Assembly (NCBI GenBank): GCA_963663865.1
Contig: OY760686.1
Location: forward strand, 2,784,001 to 2,848,000
Direction: 5' to 3'
DNA: 64,000 nucleotides
DNA from: Spirochaetota bacterium
GTDB lineage: Bacteria; Spirochaetota; UBA4802; UBA5550
Below are positions 1-10,249 of this stretch, piece by piece (the stretch's first letter is position 1; the number at the start of each line of letters is the position of its first letter). Made by a program: the position numbers and the translations under genes. The notes beneath the pieces are model-generated. The model searched no databases. It saw only the letters and a list, made by a program, of their open reading frames with translations, and was not told the DNA's origin.

Positions 1-48
1 GCTCTTATTCATTCTGTCTTCAACGTCCCTGATTATATCATCTACCAT
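1..48 (-). CDS. frr: Ribosome recycling factor, N-terminal fragment (runs off window edge)
   Basis: Minus-strand ATG at 48 after GGGGG RBS translates MVDDIIRDVEDRMNKS; canonical position downstream of pyrH. Confidence 0.85.
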   Translation of the reverse strand, partial: MVDDIIRDVEDRMNKS

Positions 49-61
49 ACAGTCCCCCGTA

Positions 62-793
62 TCAGGAAATAATAGTTCCTGTTTTTTCACCTCTGGCCGC
101 CCTCACCAGAGCCCCCTTTTCAAACAGGTTAAATACCATTATGGGCAATGAGTTCTCCATGCACAGAGACACGCAGGTGAGGTCAAGCACTCTAAGCTTT
201 TCCTCAATGATTCTCTGGTAGGAAATTTTTTCGATCTTTTGCGCGGATGGGTCTTTCTCCGGATCACCGGTGTAAACACCGTCTACCCTCGTGGCCTTCA
301 GCATGATATCCGCACCGAGCTCAACAGCCCTCAATCCCGCCGCGGTATCGGTCGTAAAAAAAGGGTGTCCCGTTCCGCCGGCAGCGATAACGACAGAGCC
401 CTGTTCAAGCCTGCTTAAAGCCGTTCCGATTGCGTAAGGCTCGGCAAATGCTTTCATTTCCACCGAGGTCATTACTGCCGCCGGGCAGCCCTTCTTCTCG
501 AGTGAGTCAGCCAGCGCGAGAGAATTCATTACAGTAGCCAGCATTCCCATATGATCGCCGGTCACCCTTGATATTCCAAGATTTTCGCCCGAGGCTCCCC
601 TGAAAAAGTTGCCCGCTCCGACAACGACCGCAAGCTGCACACCGGCCTCGCGAACTTCAGCTATCTCTGAACACATTACTTCGAGGATCTGAGGATCAAG
701 GCCTCTGCCGCGTTCTCCGGCAAGGGCCTCTCCGCTCAATTTGAGAAGTATCCGCCTGTAGCGGGGCGGATTCCCGTTTCTATCAGCACACAT
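62..793 (-). CDS. pyrH: UMP kinase
   Basis: LLKLSGEAL, GAGNFFRG, GHPFFTTD motifs; rpsB-tsf-pyrH-frr synteny. Confidence 0.97.
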   Translation of the reverse strand: MCADRNGNPPRYRRILLKLSGEALAGERGRGLDPQILEVMCSEIAEVREAGVQLAVVVGAGNFFRGASGENLGISRVTGDHMGMLATVMNSLALADSLEKKGCPAAVMTSVEMKAFAEPYAIGTALSRLEQGSVVIAAGGTGHPFFTTDTAAGLRAVELGADIMLKATRVDGVYTGDPEKDPSAQKIEKISYQRIIEEKLRVLDLTCVSLCMENSLPIMVFNLFEKGALVRAARGEKTGTIIS

Positions 794-796
794 ATA

Positions 797-1390
797 TTAT
801 CCGATCTGATATCTTGTAAAACGACCGACCTCGATAGGCTCACCGTACACGGCAACCTTCGACTTGATAAGATCCTTTATGACGACACTGCTGTCCTTGA
901 TATACTCCTGCTCAAGAAGGCAAACCTCAGAGTAGTACTTGGCGATTTTGCCATCGATGATCTTTTCCAGAACATTTTCAGGCTTGCCCGAATCCTTCAT
1001 CTGCTCACGGGCAATATCTCTTTCCTTCTCTACTACTTCAGCAGGCACATCATCAACACTGACATACTGCGGAGAAGAAGCGGCTATCTGCATGCACAGT
1101 TCCTTTGCGAGAGTCTGAAAATCGTCATTTCTTGCGACAAAATCAGTCTCGCACTTGAGCTCGATTAGAACTCCAACCTTGTTGTTACTGTGAATATATG
1201 ACGCCACGATACCTTCTGTTGCCTGTCGTGTCATTTTTTTATCGGCGGAAGCAAGTCCCTTTTTACGAAGAAACTCAACCGCTTTGTCCATATCTCCATC
1301 CATCTCGGCAAGGGCCTTCTTGCAGTCAAGCATTCCCGCCTGCGTTTTTTCTCTGAGTTGCTTAATCATTTCACTTGTTATCTCTGCCAC
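797..1390 (-). CDS. tsf: Elongation factor Ts (short, 197 aa form)
   Basis: LREKTQAGMLDCKKAL and ELKCETDFVA motifs. Confidence 0.97.
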   Translation of the reverse strand: MAEITSEMIKQLREKTQAGMLDCKKALAEMDGDMDKAVEFLRKKGLASADKKMTRQATEGIVASYIHSNNKVGVLIELKCETDFVARNDDFQTLAKELCMQIAASSPQYVSVDDVPAEVVEKERDIAREQMKDSGKPENVLEKIIDGKIAKYYSEVCLLEQEYIKDSSVVIKDLIKSKVAVYGEPIEVGRFTRYQIG

Positions 1391-1473
1391 TGACTTTCTC
1401 CTTATCGTAATTTATAAAGAACCCCGGTAAAACCATGGCTGATTCAACCGGGTTGAACGAAAGCGCTAAGCTG

Positions 1474-2280
1474 TTACCAGCTTTTCGCCTTTTCGTTGTC
1501 TTCGTAATCATCGGATTCGCCGGATTTGGCTGAAGATGCTTCTTCTGCTTCATCAGCAGATACTTCACCTTCCTCATCAACCTGCTGGTCAGACTGACCT
1601 CCAGATTGGCCTTCAATTACGGCGTTTGCCATAACTTCAAGGAAAAGAGCGATCGCTCTGATGGCATCATCATTTCCGGGAATAGGATAATCTATTTCAT
1701 CCGGATTACAGTTAGTGTCTACTACAGCGAAAATTGGAATACCGAGCCTGCGCGCCTCCGCGACCGCAATTGTCTCTCTCTTCGGATCGATAATAAACAT
1801 GGCGTCAGGAAGTTTTTTCATATCCTTGATGCCGGCAAGTATCTTGTCCTTTTTCTCAAGCTCTCTCTCAAGATCAAGAATTTCTTTTTTTGTTTCCGCG
1901 TCCCACTTGCCTGTTTCTTTCATCTTTTCAAGCTCTTTTAGCCTGTCAATAGAATAGCTGACAGTCTTAAAGTTTGTGAGCAATCCGCCAAGCCACCTCT
2001 CTGCGATGTAGAACATTCCGCATTTCTGGGCATGCTCAATTATCGCGCTCTGGGCCTGTTTCTTGGTTCCCACAAAAAGGACTTTACCGCCTTTAGCTGC
2101 CAGGTCAAGCATAGCGGCATGTGCAATCTTTACCCTCTGCATTGTCTTCTGCAGGTCTATGATGTGAATCCCGTTTCTCGCTGTGAAGATAAACTGACCC
2201 ATTTTAGGATTCCATCTTCTGGTCTGGTGTCCGAAATGTACTCCGGACTCAAGTAAGGCTTTCATTGATACTACTGCCAA
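1474..2280 (-). CDS. rpsB: 30S ribosomal protein S2
   Basis: [32 protein letters not shown]; TTG start. Confidence 0.98.
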   Translation of the reverse strand: MAVVSMKALLESGVHFGHQTRRWNPKMGQFIFTARNGIHIIDLQKTMQRVKIAHAAMLDLAAKGGKVLFVGTKKQAQSAIIEHAQKCGMFYIAERWLGGLLTNFKTVSYSIDRLKELEKMKETGKWDAETKKEILDLERELEKKDKILAGIKDMKKLPDAMFIIDPKRETIAVAEARRLGIPIFAVVDTNCNPDEIDYPIPGNDDAIRAIALFLEVMANAVIEGQSGGQSDQQVDEEGEVSADEAEEASSAKSGESDDYEDNEKAKSW

Positions 2281-2504
2281 TTAGGTTACCCCCTGTAAAA
2301 ATATAATTGTATTCTACCTCCCGCCGCGGGACATCAGCAAAAATCGAGCGGCGGGTCTTTAAATGCCACGGCCTGAAGCCGTACGGCAACGGTATTCAAA
2401 AAAGGAAATTGCCCATCTCAAGGAATGAAGGCAACCGGCCTCTGCCGATTTATATCCGGAATCTGCCCTCAACAGCAGAATCGGAGAATAACCGCGGGTG
2501 CGGC
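2281..2504 (-). promoter_or_regulatory. Structured rpsB leader (several hairpins, last one CCCGCCGC..GCGGCGGG-AGG)
   Basis: Visible inverted repeats; rpsB leaders are known autoregulatory RNAs, but a match to the t44 family was not verified. Confidence 0.4.
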
Positions 2505-2741
2505 CTAAACCCTTCTAAACAGGATAAATCCGAGAATCATCCCGACAATAGCTGAAAGGTTTATCTTAAGACTAAAAGAAACAACTTCAAGGCTGAAGCC
2601 GAGGGGCCCGGTCAGGCTCTTTGTCAGCAGCGAAAACTGCGGAACCGCCCTCGCAATCAAGGTTCCCAGTGCAGAACCCAGTACTGCTCCCACAATGAGA
2701 AACAGAATCAGAAAGCTAATATTGGACCTCTCAAAGTACAT
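2505..2741 (-). CDS. Small membrane protein, DUF4321-like
   Basis: 78 aa hydrophobic, GAVLGSALG and INLSAIVG pattern. Confidence 0.65.
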   Translation of the reverse strand: MYFERSNISFLILFLIVGAVLGSALGTLIARAVPQFSLLTKSLTGPLGFSLEVVSFSLKINLSAIVGMILGFILFRRV

Positions 2742-2849
2742 AATTCCATTTGGAGCTAATGCCCCGGTTTGTCAAGTTTTTTAGGATAATCAACTGTAAA
2801 GATTGCAGGCCAATTATACTACGCTTTACGACAACTTCGATAAAAACAC

Positions 2850-2878
2850 TTGAGTTTAACATGAAATATGTATATAAT
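2850..2878 (+). promoter_or_regulatory. Sigma70-type promoter of the MCP gene
   Basis: TTGAGT-N17-TATAAT about 85 bp upstream of ATG, which has a GAGGAGG RBS. Confidence 0.6.
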
Positions 2879-2964
2879 TTGAGGTTGAACTCATTACCAG
2901 CAGCAGAGTTACACATTCAGAAAACCGTCCGCATCAGTCATGCGGAGAAAATTGAGGAGGATAT

Positions 2965-4665
2965 ATGTTCTCATTCGTCAGAAAAAAATTAGGGAGAAGG
3001 ATAATGCTTGCCGGTATTCTTCTCACATCCCTGTCAATATCTCTCGCGACCTTCATCGCTATGCACGAATTCGTCGCATCGGCTGAAAAAAAGGCCTATA
3101 CTGATCTCGAAAATAAGTTACAGGTAAAAAAGTATATTTTAAGCCTCAAGGGGGGCTTCAACATAAACGAGGGCAAACTATACGCGGGGGACTACCTTAT
3201 AAATGACAACCATGAGATTGTTGACAGACTGGCCCAGATATTCGGCGGCATTACCACCGTTTTTCAAAAAAACATCAGGGTTTCCACGAGCCTGAAAAAC
3301 AGCGACGGCACACGCCCCATCGGGACGGAAATAGATCCTGATGTTTATTCCAGCCTTTTCACCGAAAAGAATGACGTTTTTATCGGAGAGGCGGATGTAG
3401 TAGGAATACCCTCCTACACCCGGTACGAGTCAATTAAAGACAATAATGGAACCACAATTGGAGCCGTTTCATACGCGGTTGCCATCTCAGACTATGTTCA
3501 GCCCATTTACAGCATGCTCAACAGAATAATCATAATCTCTCTGATTATAGTAGTGATATCAGGGCTCCTTGCAGTCATGTTCGGGCGTAGAGTCGCGGCT
3601 TCTCTGGATCTTGTCTCAAAGTTCTCTCAGGACCTGGCAAAAGGGAACCTGTCCGCAAAAGTAAGCATCAACCGTCAGGATGAACTTGGCCGTATGGCAT
3701 CTGACCTGAACAAGATGAAGAACATTCTCAGTGAAACCGTGGCGGAGATATCCGATATATCGCACTCGCTCTCGACAAGCTCAGAGGAGCTTGCAGCCGC
3801 GTCAGACAGCTTTTCCTCTTCAGCCCAGTCCGGAGCAGCCAGCTCTGAGGAGATAACATCAACCATAGAGGAGCTGACCGCAGGAATGGAAAGCATTGCC
3901 GGGAATACTGAGAACCAGAAGAGACTCATAGACAGCCTCATGGGCCGTCTGGAGGTTTTCTCCGAAAACGCGCTTGAAACACAGAGAATGATCAACGAAA
4001 CCAAGCAGCTTGCATCACGGATCAACAGCGAGGCCGATGCTGGCGAAAAAAGGCTTAATGTAATGAGCAACACGATGAACCGCATCGGCTCCGCATCTTC
4101 CGAAATGCTGGACATCACCACTATAATAAACGACATATCAGATCAGATAAATCTGCTCTCACTTAACGCCGCCATTGAGGCCGCGAGGGCCGGAGACTTC
4201 GGCAGAGGCTTCGCTGTTGTCGCGGACGAGATTTCCAAACTCGCCGACCAGACCTCAAGCAGCATCAAAAACATTGACAGCCTCATCAAGCGGACAAACG
4301 CGGAGATAAAGGAAGGCCTCGTTCAGGTCACTGAGACCGTCCGCTCAATAAGCAACATCGTCGACGGCGTCGAAAACATCAACTCAATGATGGACAGGCA
4401 GATAGACGTGGTTTCAAAGCTGGACACGTCCAGACGCGAGGTGGAGGAAGATGCGGTCCAGGTTGTTGAAAGGGCGCAGCTCATTAAAGACGCCACACAT
4501 GAGCAGGAGCTCGCCGCAAACGAGATAGTCTCGACCGTCGGAAACATTGCCGAGCTGAATCAGTCCATAGCCTCCGGCGCCGAAGAGCTTTCAGCCAGTT
4601 CTCATACTATTGCCAGAACAGCGGAGACACTCAGAACCCGCCTTGATTTTTTCAGGAATGAGTAA
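2965..4665 (+). CDS. Methyl-accepting chemotaxis protein (Cache sensor, HAMP)
   Basis: Two TMs, [14 protein letters not shown] Cache motif, [36 protein letters not shown] hairpin tip. Confidence 0.95.
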   Translation: MFSFVRKKLGRRIMLAGILLTSLSISLATFIAMHEFVASAEKKAYTDLENKLQVKKYILSLKGGFNINEGKLYAGDYLINDNHEIVDRLAQIFGGITTVFQKNIRVSTSLKNSDGTRPIGTEIDPDVYSSLFTEKNDVFIGEADVVGIPSYTRYESIKDNNGTTIGAVSYAVAISDYVQPIYSMLNRIIIISLIIVVISGLLAVMFGRRVAASLDLVSKFSQDLAKGNLSAKVSINRQDELGRMASDLNKMKNILSETVAEISDISHSLSTSSEELAAASDSFSSSAQSGAASSEEITSTIEELTAGMESIAGNTENQKRLIDSLMGRLEVFSENALETQRMINETKQLASRINSEADAGEKRLNVMSNTMNRIGSASSEMLDITTIINDISDQINLLSLNAAIEAARAGDFGRGFAVVADEISKLADQTSSSIKNIDSLIKRTNAEIKEGLVQVTETVRSISNIVDGVENINSMMDRQIDVVSKLDTSRREVEEDAVQVVERAQLIKDATHEQELAANEIVSTVGNIAELNQSIASGAEELSASSHTIARTAETLRTRLDFFRNE

Positions 4666-4673
4666 GCCTGCTC

Positions 4674-5351
4674 ATGTGCGGCAGGTTCGCCCAGACTATT
4701 CCGTTAAAAGTTATTGCACAGAGGTTTTCCGCCGATGAAGTCCTGTGCTCAGAGTCTCCCTCATTCAACATTGCCCCGGGCAGACTTGTTTATGTCCTCA
4801 AACAGGGCATTAAAAGGCAGGTGGTCAATATGAGGTGGGGGATATCAACCCGCACAGCGAGCTCACCCTCTCCGGTGAACCTCATCAATTCAAGAGCGGA
4901 AACCGTAACCTCGAGACCTTACTATAGGAAGCTTCTCCTGACATCGAGATGCATTATCCCTGCCGATGGATTTTATGAGTGGACAAAGACCATCGCAGGG
5001 AAACAACCCGTGTTTGTAAAATCACTCGACGGTCAACCTCTGGCGATGGCCGGTATATACAGCAGCTCAGAGTCTGATGAAAGCGGCTCCGAATACTCGT
5101 TCTCCATCATAACCGCAGAGGCACCGGACTGGTTCAGGGAAATACACAACCGAATCCCGATAACAATCAGCCTGATATCCGCCGAAAAATGGCTGTCACC
5201 CGACAGTGGAGGCAACAGCGTCATAGATATGGTGACTGTTCCTGCAGAAAAGAACCTTGAATACTTCGCAGTTTCAAGCCTGGTTAACTCCGCTGCAAAC
5301 GACGGCGAAGAACTTACACTCCCGGCAAATGTAAATAAACTCTTCAAATAA
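4674..5351 (+). CDS. SOS response-associated peptidase (SRAP/YedK family abasic-site protein)
   Basis: N-terminal MCGRF, INSRAET, GFYEW, IHNRIP. Confidence 0.93.
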   Translation: MCGRFAQTIPLKVIAQRFSADEVLCSESPSFNIAPGRLVYVLKQGIKRQVVNMRWGISTRTASSPSPVNLINSRAETVTSRPYYRKLLLTSRCIIPADGFYEWTKTIAGKQPVFVKSLDGQPLAMAGIYSSSESDESGSEYSFSIITAEAPDWFREIHNRIPITISLISAEKWLSPDSGGNSVIDMVTVPAEKNLEYFAVSSLVNSAANDGEELTLPANVNKLFK

Positions 5352-5353
5352 CT

Positions 5354-6370
5354 TCATTCTATTTCAGTAAGGTTGTATTCAATTTTTTTAACTTTGCCGT
5401 TCCCGTAATCGCATACAAATACCTCTCCCTCTTTCCCGGCAGCCACTCCTCTCGGCCTGTTAAACTCAGCGCTTTCAGCATCCCCTTCCGAGTCCCCTGA
5501 TTTTCCGTTTCCTGCAATTGTTATTACATTGCCCGAAGGTGTTATTACCTGAACACGATTGTTATTCTCATCTGTAACAAACAGTGCACCATTTTTATCA
5601 ACCGAGATTCCGTGAGGAGCGTCAAAAAGTGCTTCTTCGGCAGCTCCCGTCAAAGTACCCCCCGTTGAATCAGGTGTCAGCTCTTCTACCAGGACAGTCC
5701 CTTCGTCGCTGTTTTCAGGAACTGTTACCTTAATAACATTATTGCTGTTTTCTCCAATATCTGTCGCATACACAGATATTGAACCATCCTGATCTTCGGT
5801 GAGCGCTATTCCATGCGGCGACTCAACATCACTGTATCCTTCAAGCAGACTTTCCGGAACACCCGCCGCACCAGTCATAGGGTTTATTGGAACCCTGTAG
5901 ATGTCGCCGCTGCCCTGGTCTGAAACATACAGGTTGCCGCTGCTGTCAACCGCTACACCAGTTGGATTTACTATATCAGCGCCATCAAGCAGAACCTGCA
6001 GGCCATTTTCTTCGTTGTAAACATAAACGGCCCCTGTTGATTCACCCTGAGTCTCTCCGTCTTCCATACCTGTGTCCGCTATATATATAGTCGTAATATC
6101 TTCATTTTCTACAACGGCTATACCGTCGGGATTGATCCCTTCATCAAGCTCTATCACAGCAGGCTCAGAATCCTCAAGGGCCGGATAAACAATAACTTCA
6201 CCCTGATTTACGTCGGTCACATAAATGTCTCCATTTCCGGCTATTGCTACTCCGTCAGGATACCCTCCAGGGGCGGCATAGGTTTGCACCGTAGCTTTAT
6301 AATCAGAATCTTCAGAATCAGAACAGGCCGTAATAAAAACAGCAGCGGCAAAAATAATTATAAGTTTCAT
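5354..6370 (-). CDS. NHL-repeat beta-propeller lipoprotein
   Basis: ITAC lipobox; repeated P.GVAV..G.LYV.D units. Confidence 0.85.
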   Translation of the reverse strand: MKLIIIFAAAVFITACSDSEDSDYKATVQTYAAPGGYPDGVAIAGNGDIYVTDVNQGEVIVYPALEDSEPAVIELDEGINPDGIAVVENEDITTIYIADTGMEDGETQGESTGAVYVYNEENGLQVLLDGADIVNPTGVAVDSSGNLYVSDQGSGDIYRVPINPMTGAAGVPESLLEGYSDVESPHGIALTEDQDGSISVYATDIGENSNNVIKVTVPENSDEGTVLVEELTPDSTGGTLTGAAEEALFDAPHGISVDKNGALFVTDENNNRVQVITPSGNVITIAGNGKSGDSEGDAESAEFNRPRGVAAGKEGEVFVCDYGNGKVKKIEYNLTEIE

Positions 6371-6554
6371 CTATTTCCCTCCGGAGTTATGAAATCAGCT
6401 ATTTCACTATTTTAATATATTATAAATTTCCAGTGAACTTGTCAACCTCGGCTTAAAAAATATGCTTGTTAAAATAGAGCACATTGTGTAATGACATATC
6501 TTGTCCTGACGCACCTCACAGCTTTTCGATAATGCTCACCGGAGTAATGGAATA

Positions 6555-7757
6555 ATGGATACCAGACACAATATTCTCCTGTTCGGTCCGTCAGACTGGT
6601 GGACAATGAATCCGAGCAGCGGAACGCACGCGGCTGAAAAACTGAGCAGACACGGCAGAGTACTTTACATAAATCCTGTCAGCACTGACCTGAAGGGGAC
6701 GTTAAAAACGAGCGGTTTATCGACGGGCCTGCTTCGAAAAATTTTTAGAAAGCTTAAAAGCTTTCTAAAAGCGGTTAGAAAGGTCAAAAAGGACCTCTAC
6801 GTTTTCAGCCCGATATTCATTCCGGCCCAGGGCAACCGCTTAGTAGACACAATAAACAATATCCTCATATTTATTCAAATATGGGCTGTAATGTCAGCAT
6901 TGAGAATCAACAGAAGGATAATCTGGCTTGAGAACAACCGCGCCGCTGATTTTGTAAAATACTTCAGATCGAAACTCATTGTTTACCAGGTATCGGATCT
7001 GTATATTGACGACAGCTTTGTGACAAACAGAAATTCTCTCATAAGAAGAGACAGCCTCGCAACAAAGAAAAGCGATATCATAATTTGCGTCTCAAAAGAA
7101 CTCTACGAATGGAAAATCAAGTCAAACCCCAGGACCTATTACATCCCTCACGGGGTTGATTTTGACCTTTTCCAGCAAGCCCTTGCCTCCGGTGAAAGGC
7201 CGGCTTTCCTTCCTGAGACCGGCAAGCCGGTGGCAGGTTACTATGGGACGCTGACTGATTCAAATGACATTGAAACCCTGCAAATTTGTGCCGAGAAGCT
7301 TACTGACTGTATCTTTGTGTTAGCAGGCACCATAACCGTCGGAGACTACAGCGGCCTTAAAAATCTTCCCAATGTAATTTTTCCCGGGCGCATAGAATAT
7401 GCCGAGATTCCAAAGCTTTGCGCTTCATTTGATGTGTGCCTTCTGCCCTGGAAAATGTGCTCATGGATTGAGCATTGCAATCCGCTCAAGCTTTTCGAAT
7501 ACATGGCCTGCGGGAAACCCGTCGTGTCTGTCCCCATCAAGGAGGTAGTTGCAAACTACTCAGACATTGTCAGCATTGCGGGCAACAGCGCCGAATTCTG
7601 CAGGGCCATTTCGCGGGAGCTTAAGCATGATACCGAGAAAAGGCGCATGAAGCGGATTAAAATAGCGGAGCAGAATTCCTGGGAAAATCACATTCAGCAA
7701 ATTCTTTCCCTCATTGACAGAGCTCTAAAGGAAAAGTCTGAAAGGAGGCCTCGATGA
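6555..7757 (+). CDS. GT-B glycosyltransferase (GT4-like)
   Basis: IPHGVDF, NPLKLFEYMACGKPVVS. Confidence 0.9.
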   Translation: MDTRHNILLFGPSDWWTMNPSSGTHAAEKLSRHGRVLYINPVSTDLKGTLKTSGLSTGLLRKIFRKLKSFLKAVRKVKKDLYVFSPIFIPAQGNRLVDTINNILIFIQIWAVMSALRINRRIIWLENNRAADFVKYFRSKLIVYQVSDLYIDDSFVTNRNSLIRRDSLATKKSDIIICVSKELYEWKIKSNPRTYYIPHGVDFDLFQQALASGERPAFLPETGKPVAGYYGTLTDSNDIETLQICAEKLTDCIFVLAGTITVGDYSGLKNLPNVIFPGRIEYAEIPKLCASFDVCLLPWKMCSWIEHCNPLKLFEYMACGKPVVSVPIKEVVANYSDIVSIAGNSAEFCRAISRELKHDTEKRRMKRIKIAEQNSWENHIQQILSLIDRALKEKSERRPR

Positions 7758-8845
7758 GTACTGTTAAAATAGCTCTCGTCGGCGATATTATGTGCGGCGA
7801 CGAGTTCTGGAACAGGGGCTTCGGAGTCAGATCGCAGATTGACAGATACGGCTATGACTACCTTGACCCTGAGATTGTACGGCTTCTGCAATCGCATGAC
7901 GCGGTTATCGGCAACGTTGAAACGGTACTCAGCAGCAAAGGCGAAAAAACCGGAAGCATGCGTTCAATGTACATGAGAGGACGTCCTTCCTCTGTAGAAC
8001 TTCTCAGAAAGTGGGGCCTAACAGCCGCAAATGTCGCAACCAATCACATTCTGGAACATGGCATTGAGGCTGCGCGGGACACAGCAGCAAATCTAAAAAA
8101 AGCCGGTATAGCCGTCAGCGGATCAGGACATGAAGACAGCTTCATCTCCGGTATTGAACCTGTCTTCACAAAGGCCGGCACTCTTGAAATAGCGCTTATA
8201 GGCGCCTGCCTCAGAAAGGAAAAATACGCTTTCAACGGCGGAGGAACCGTGGAAGAACTGCTCTCAAAAGTGAGAGAAGCCGCGGCCCCCGGACGTATCG
8301 TTGTTGTCTCCCTGCACTGGGGCAACGAGTACATAGACAGGCCGGCACTCTGGCAGAAAAAGCTTTCATCCCGCATCATTGAAGCTGGAGCGCACATCAT
8401 AGCGGGACACCACCCTCATGTCGTGCAGGGAGTGCACTATGACGGGAAGGCCCTTACAGCCTACAGTCTGGGGAACTTTATCTTCGGAGGAACATTTTCC
8501 GACACATCATGGTCAATGGTTCTAAGCGTAGAATTCAGCCGGGACGGCATTTCGGGTTACGAGATATATCCGATTATCAACGACGCCGAAAACCGGCCTG
8601 CCTCGGCCCCCGGGAACGAACGAGTCAGGCTGCATGAGGAAATCAAAAGGAGAAACCGCCTTACAGAACGCCCAGAGAACGAATGGGAAACAGAGAGCTC
8701 GTACAGCCGCAGCGTTGAGCTTCTGGACAGGGAATCGCGGAAAGATCTCTGGAGAGCGCTTTTGAAAAATCTGCTCCGAATAAACCCGCTTTTCTGGCCT
8801 CAAATATTCTGGCGGCCCTTTAAAAGAAGACTCGGCAGATGGTAA
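7754..8845 (+). CDS. CapA/PgsA-family metallophosphoesterase
   Basis: GDIM, GNVE, ATNH, HWGNEY, GHHPHV, YSLGNF motifs. Confidence 0.9.
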   Translation: MSTVKIALVGDIMCGDEFWNRGFGVRSQIDRYGYDYLDPEIVRLLQSHDAVIGNVETVLSSKGEKTGSMRSMYMRGRPSSVELLRKWGLTAANVATNHILEHGIEAARDTAANLKKAGIAVSGSGHEDSFISGIEPVFTKAGTLEIALIGACLRKEKYAFNGGGTVEELLSKVREAAAPGRIVVVSLHWGNEYIDRPALWQKKLSSRIIEAGAHIIAGHHPHVVQGVHYDGKALTAYSLGNFIFGGTFSDTSWSMVLSVEFSRDGISGYEIYPIINDAENRPASAPGNERVRLHEEIKRRNRLTERPENEWETESSYSRSVELLDRESRKDLWRALLKNLLRINPLFWPQIFWRPFKRRLGRW

Positions 8846-8870
8846 ACAAAATAAGGGAGTAAAGATCATT

Positions 8871-9731
8871 ATGAAATTATCTATATTTAAAAAAATTAAC
8901 GCCTTCCTGCCTTTCAGGGCAGCGCTCTACCTGGATTTCGGTCGCAGCTATCATAGAATTCTCAACCTGAAGAATCCGAAATTTTTCGGTGAAAAGATCC
9001 ACTGGATTAAGCTGCATGGAAATCTTGAACGCTTTGCTCCCTACGTTGACAAGTACGAGGTCAGAAACTTTATCACGGAAACTATTGGAGCTCATTATCT
9101 CCCGCAACTTTATGCTGTTTTCAATAAACCCGAAGAGATTGAACTGAGCAAACTCCCGTCAAGTTTTGTTCTGAAGTTAAACAACGGAACGGGAGGCAAC
9201 CTCATATGCCGGGACAAATCAAAGGTAAATATTGATAAAACTAAAAAATTTTTCAATCAACTCATGAAGGATAAAATTTACAGATACACAAAGGAAAATC
9301 AATACAAACCCGTCAAACCGAAAATAATCTGCGAGGAATACCTTGAGGACGAGACAGGAGAACTTAGAGACTACAAGATACACTGTTTTTCCGGAAACCC
9401 CGAGATGATTGAGGTACAGACCGGACGTTTTTCAGACCACTATGAAAACTACTTCAACACCGACTGGATAGACTACGGAATATACGGGAAAAAGGTCAGG
9501 CTCGGAAACGGCCTTCCCAGGCCGGCTGAACTTGAGGAAATGCTCGAAACAGCCCGGAAACTCTCGAAAAGCTTCCCCTATGTACGCGTAGACCTGTACC
9601 GGGCCAACGGAAGGGTCTACTTCGGTGAGCTTACTTTCACGCCAGCTAACGGAACGGATCCGTGGTTCCCCGTAGAAAAGGACCTGGAGCTTGCCTCAAA
9701 GATAGATCATCTCAGATATCTTCAACTCTGA
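8871..9731 (+). CDS. TupA-like ATP-grasp ligase
   Basis: FGEKIHWIKL, DKYEVR, DYKIHCF, RVDLY..YFGELTFTP. Confidence 0.88.
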   Translation: MKLSIFKKINAFLPFRAALYLDFGRSYHRILNLKNPKFFGEKIHWIKLHGNLERFAPYVDKYEVRNFITETIGAHYLPQLYAVFNKPEEIELSKLPSSFVLKLNNGTGGNLICRDKSKVNIDKTKKFFNQLMKDKIYRYTKENQYKPVKPKIICEEYLEDETGELRDYKIHCFSGNPEMIEVQTGRFSDHYENYFNTDWIDYGIYGKKVRLGNGLPRPAELEEMLETARKLSKSFPYVRVDLYRANGRVYFGELTFTPANGTDPWFPVEKDLELASKIDHLRYLQL

Positions 9732-9766
9732 AAAAACAGGCGAGATTCAAATTAACTAAACATTTG

Positions 9767-9795
9767 TTGACTTGTTTTACCCCCTGTATTATTTT
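9767..9795 (+). promoter_or_regulatory. Putative sigma70 promoter of umuDC
   Basis: TTGACT-N17-TATTTT ending 6 nt before ATG 9802. Confidence 0.4.
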
Positions 9796-9801
9796 GCCTT
9801 C

Positions 9802-10248
9802 ATGATATGGCCACGCAAAAAAGCTGATTTAACACCGATACCGGCAGAAGCGCGCGTTACGGCGCGCGTGAGCCTGTTCTCCTCACGGATAAAGGCGGGG
9901 TTTCCCTCGCCCGCCGAGGACTACATTGAGAAGAGCCTGGACTTCAACGAATACCTCATTGAGCACCCCTCAGCCACCTTCTGTCTGAGAGTTTCGGGCA
10001 GCTCCATGACCGGAGCAGGCATACACGATGGAGACATTCTCGTCGTTGACAGGGCGCTGCGCCCGAGAGACAATCAGGTAATAATAGCTCTGCTTAACGG
10101 CGAGCTGACCGTGAAACGCCTCGTTAGAAGCAATGGCCGGGTGTTTCTATCCCCGGAAAATCCCGACTACAGCCCCATTGAGGTTCCGCCGGAGTCGGAC
10201 TTCGAAGTATGGGGAGTAGTGACCAATGTTATTCACCGGCTGATATGA
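9802..10248 (+). CDS. umuD: DNA polymerase V accessory subunit UmuD (S24 peptidase)
   Basis: [10 protein letters not shown] cleavage region, GSSM Ser, TVKRL Lys; start moved to the ATG at 9802. Confidence 0.93.
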   Translation: MIWPRKKADLTPIPAEARVTARVSLFSSRIKAGFPSPAEDYIEKSLDFNEYLIEHPSATFCLRVSGSSMTGAGIHDGDILVVDRALRPRDNQVIIALLNGELTVKRLVRSNGRVFLSPENPDYSPIEVPPESDFEVWGVVTNVIHRLI

Positions 10249-10249
10249 C

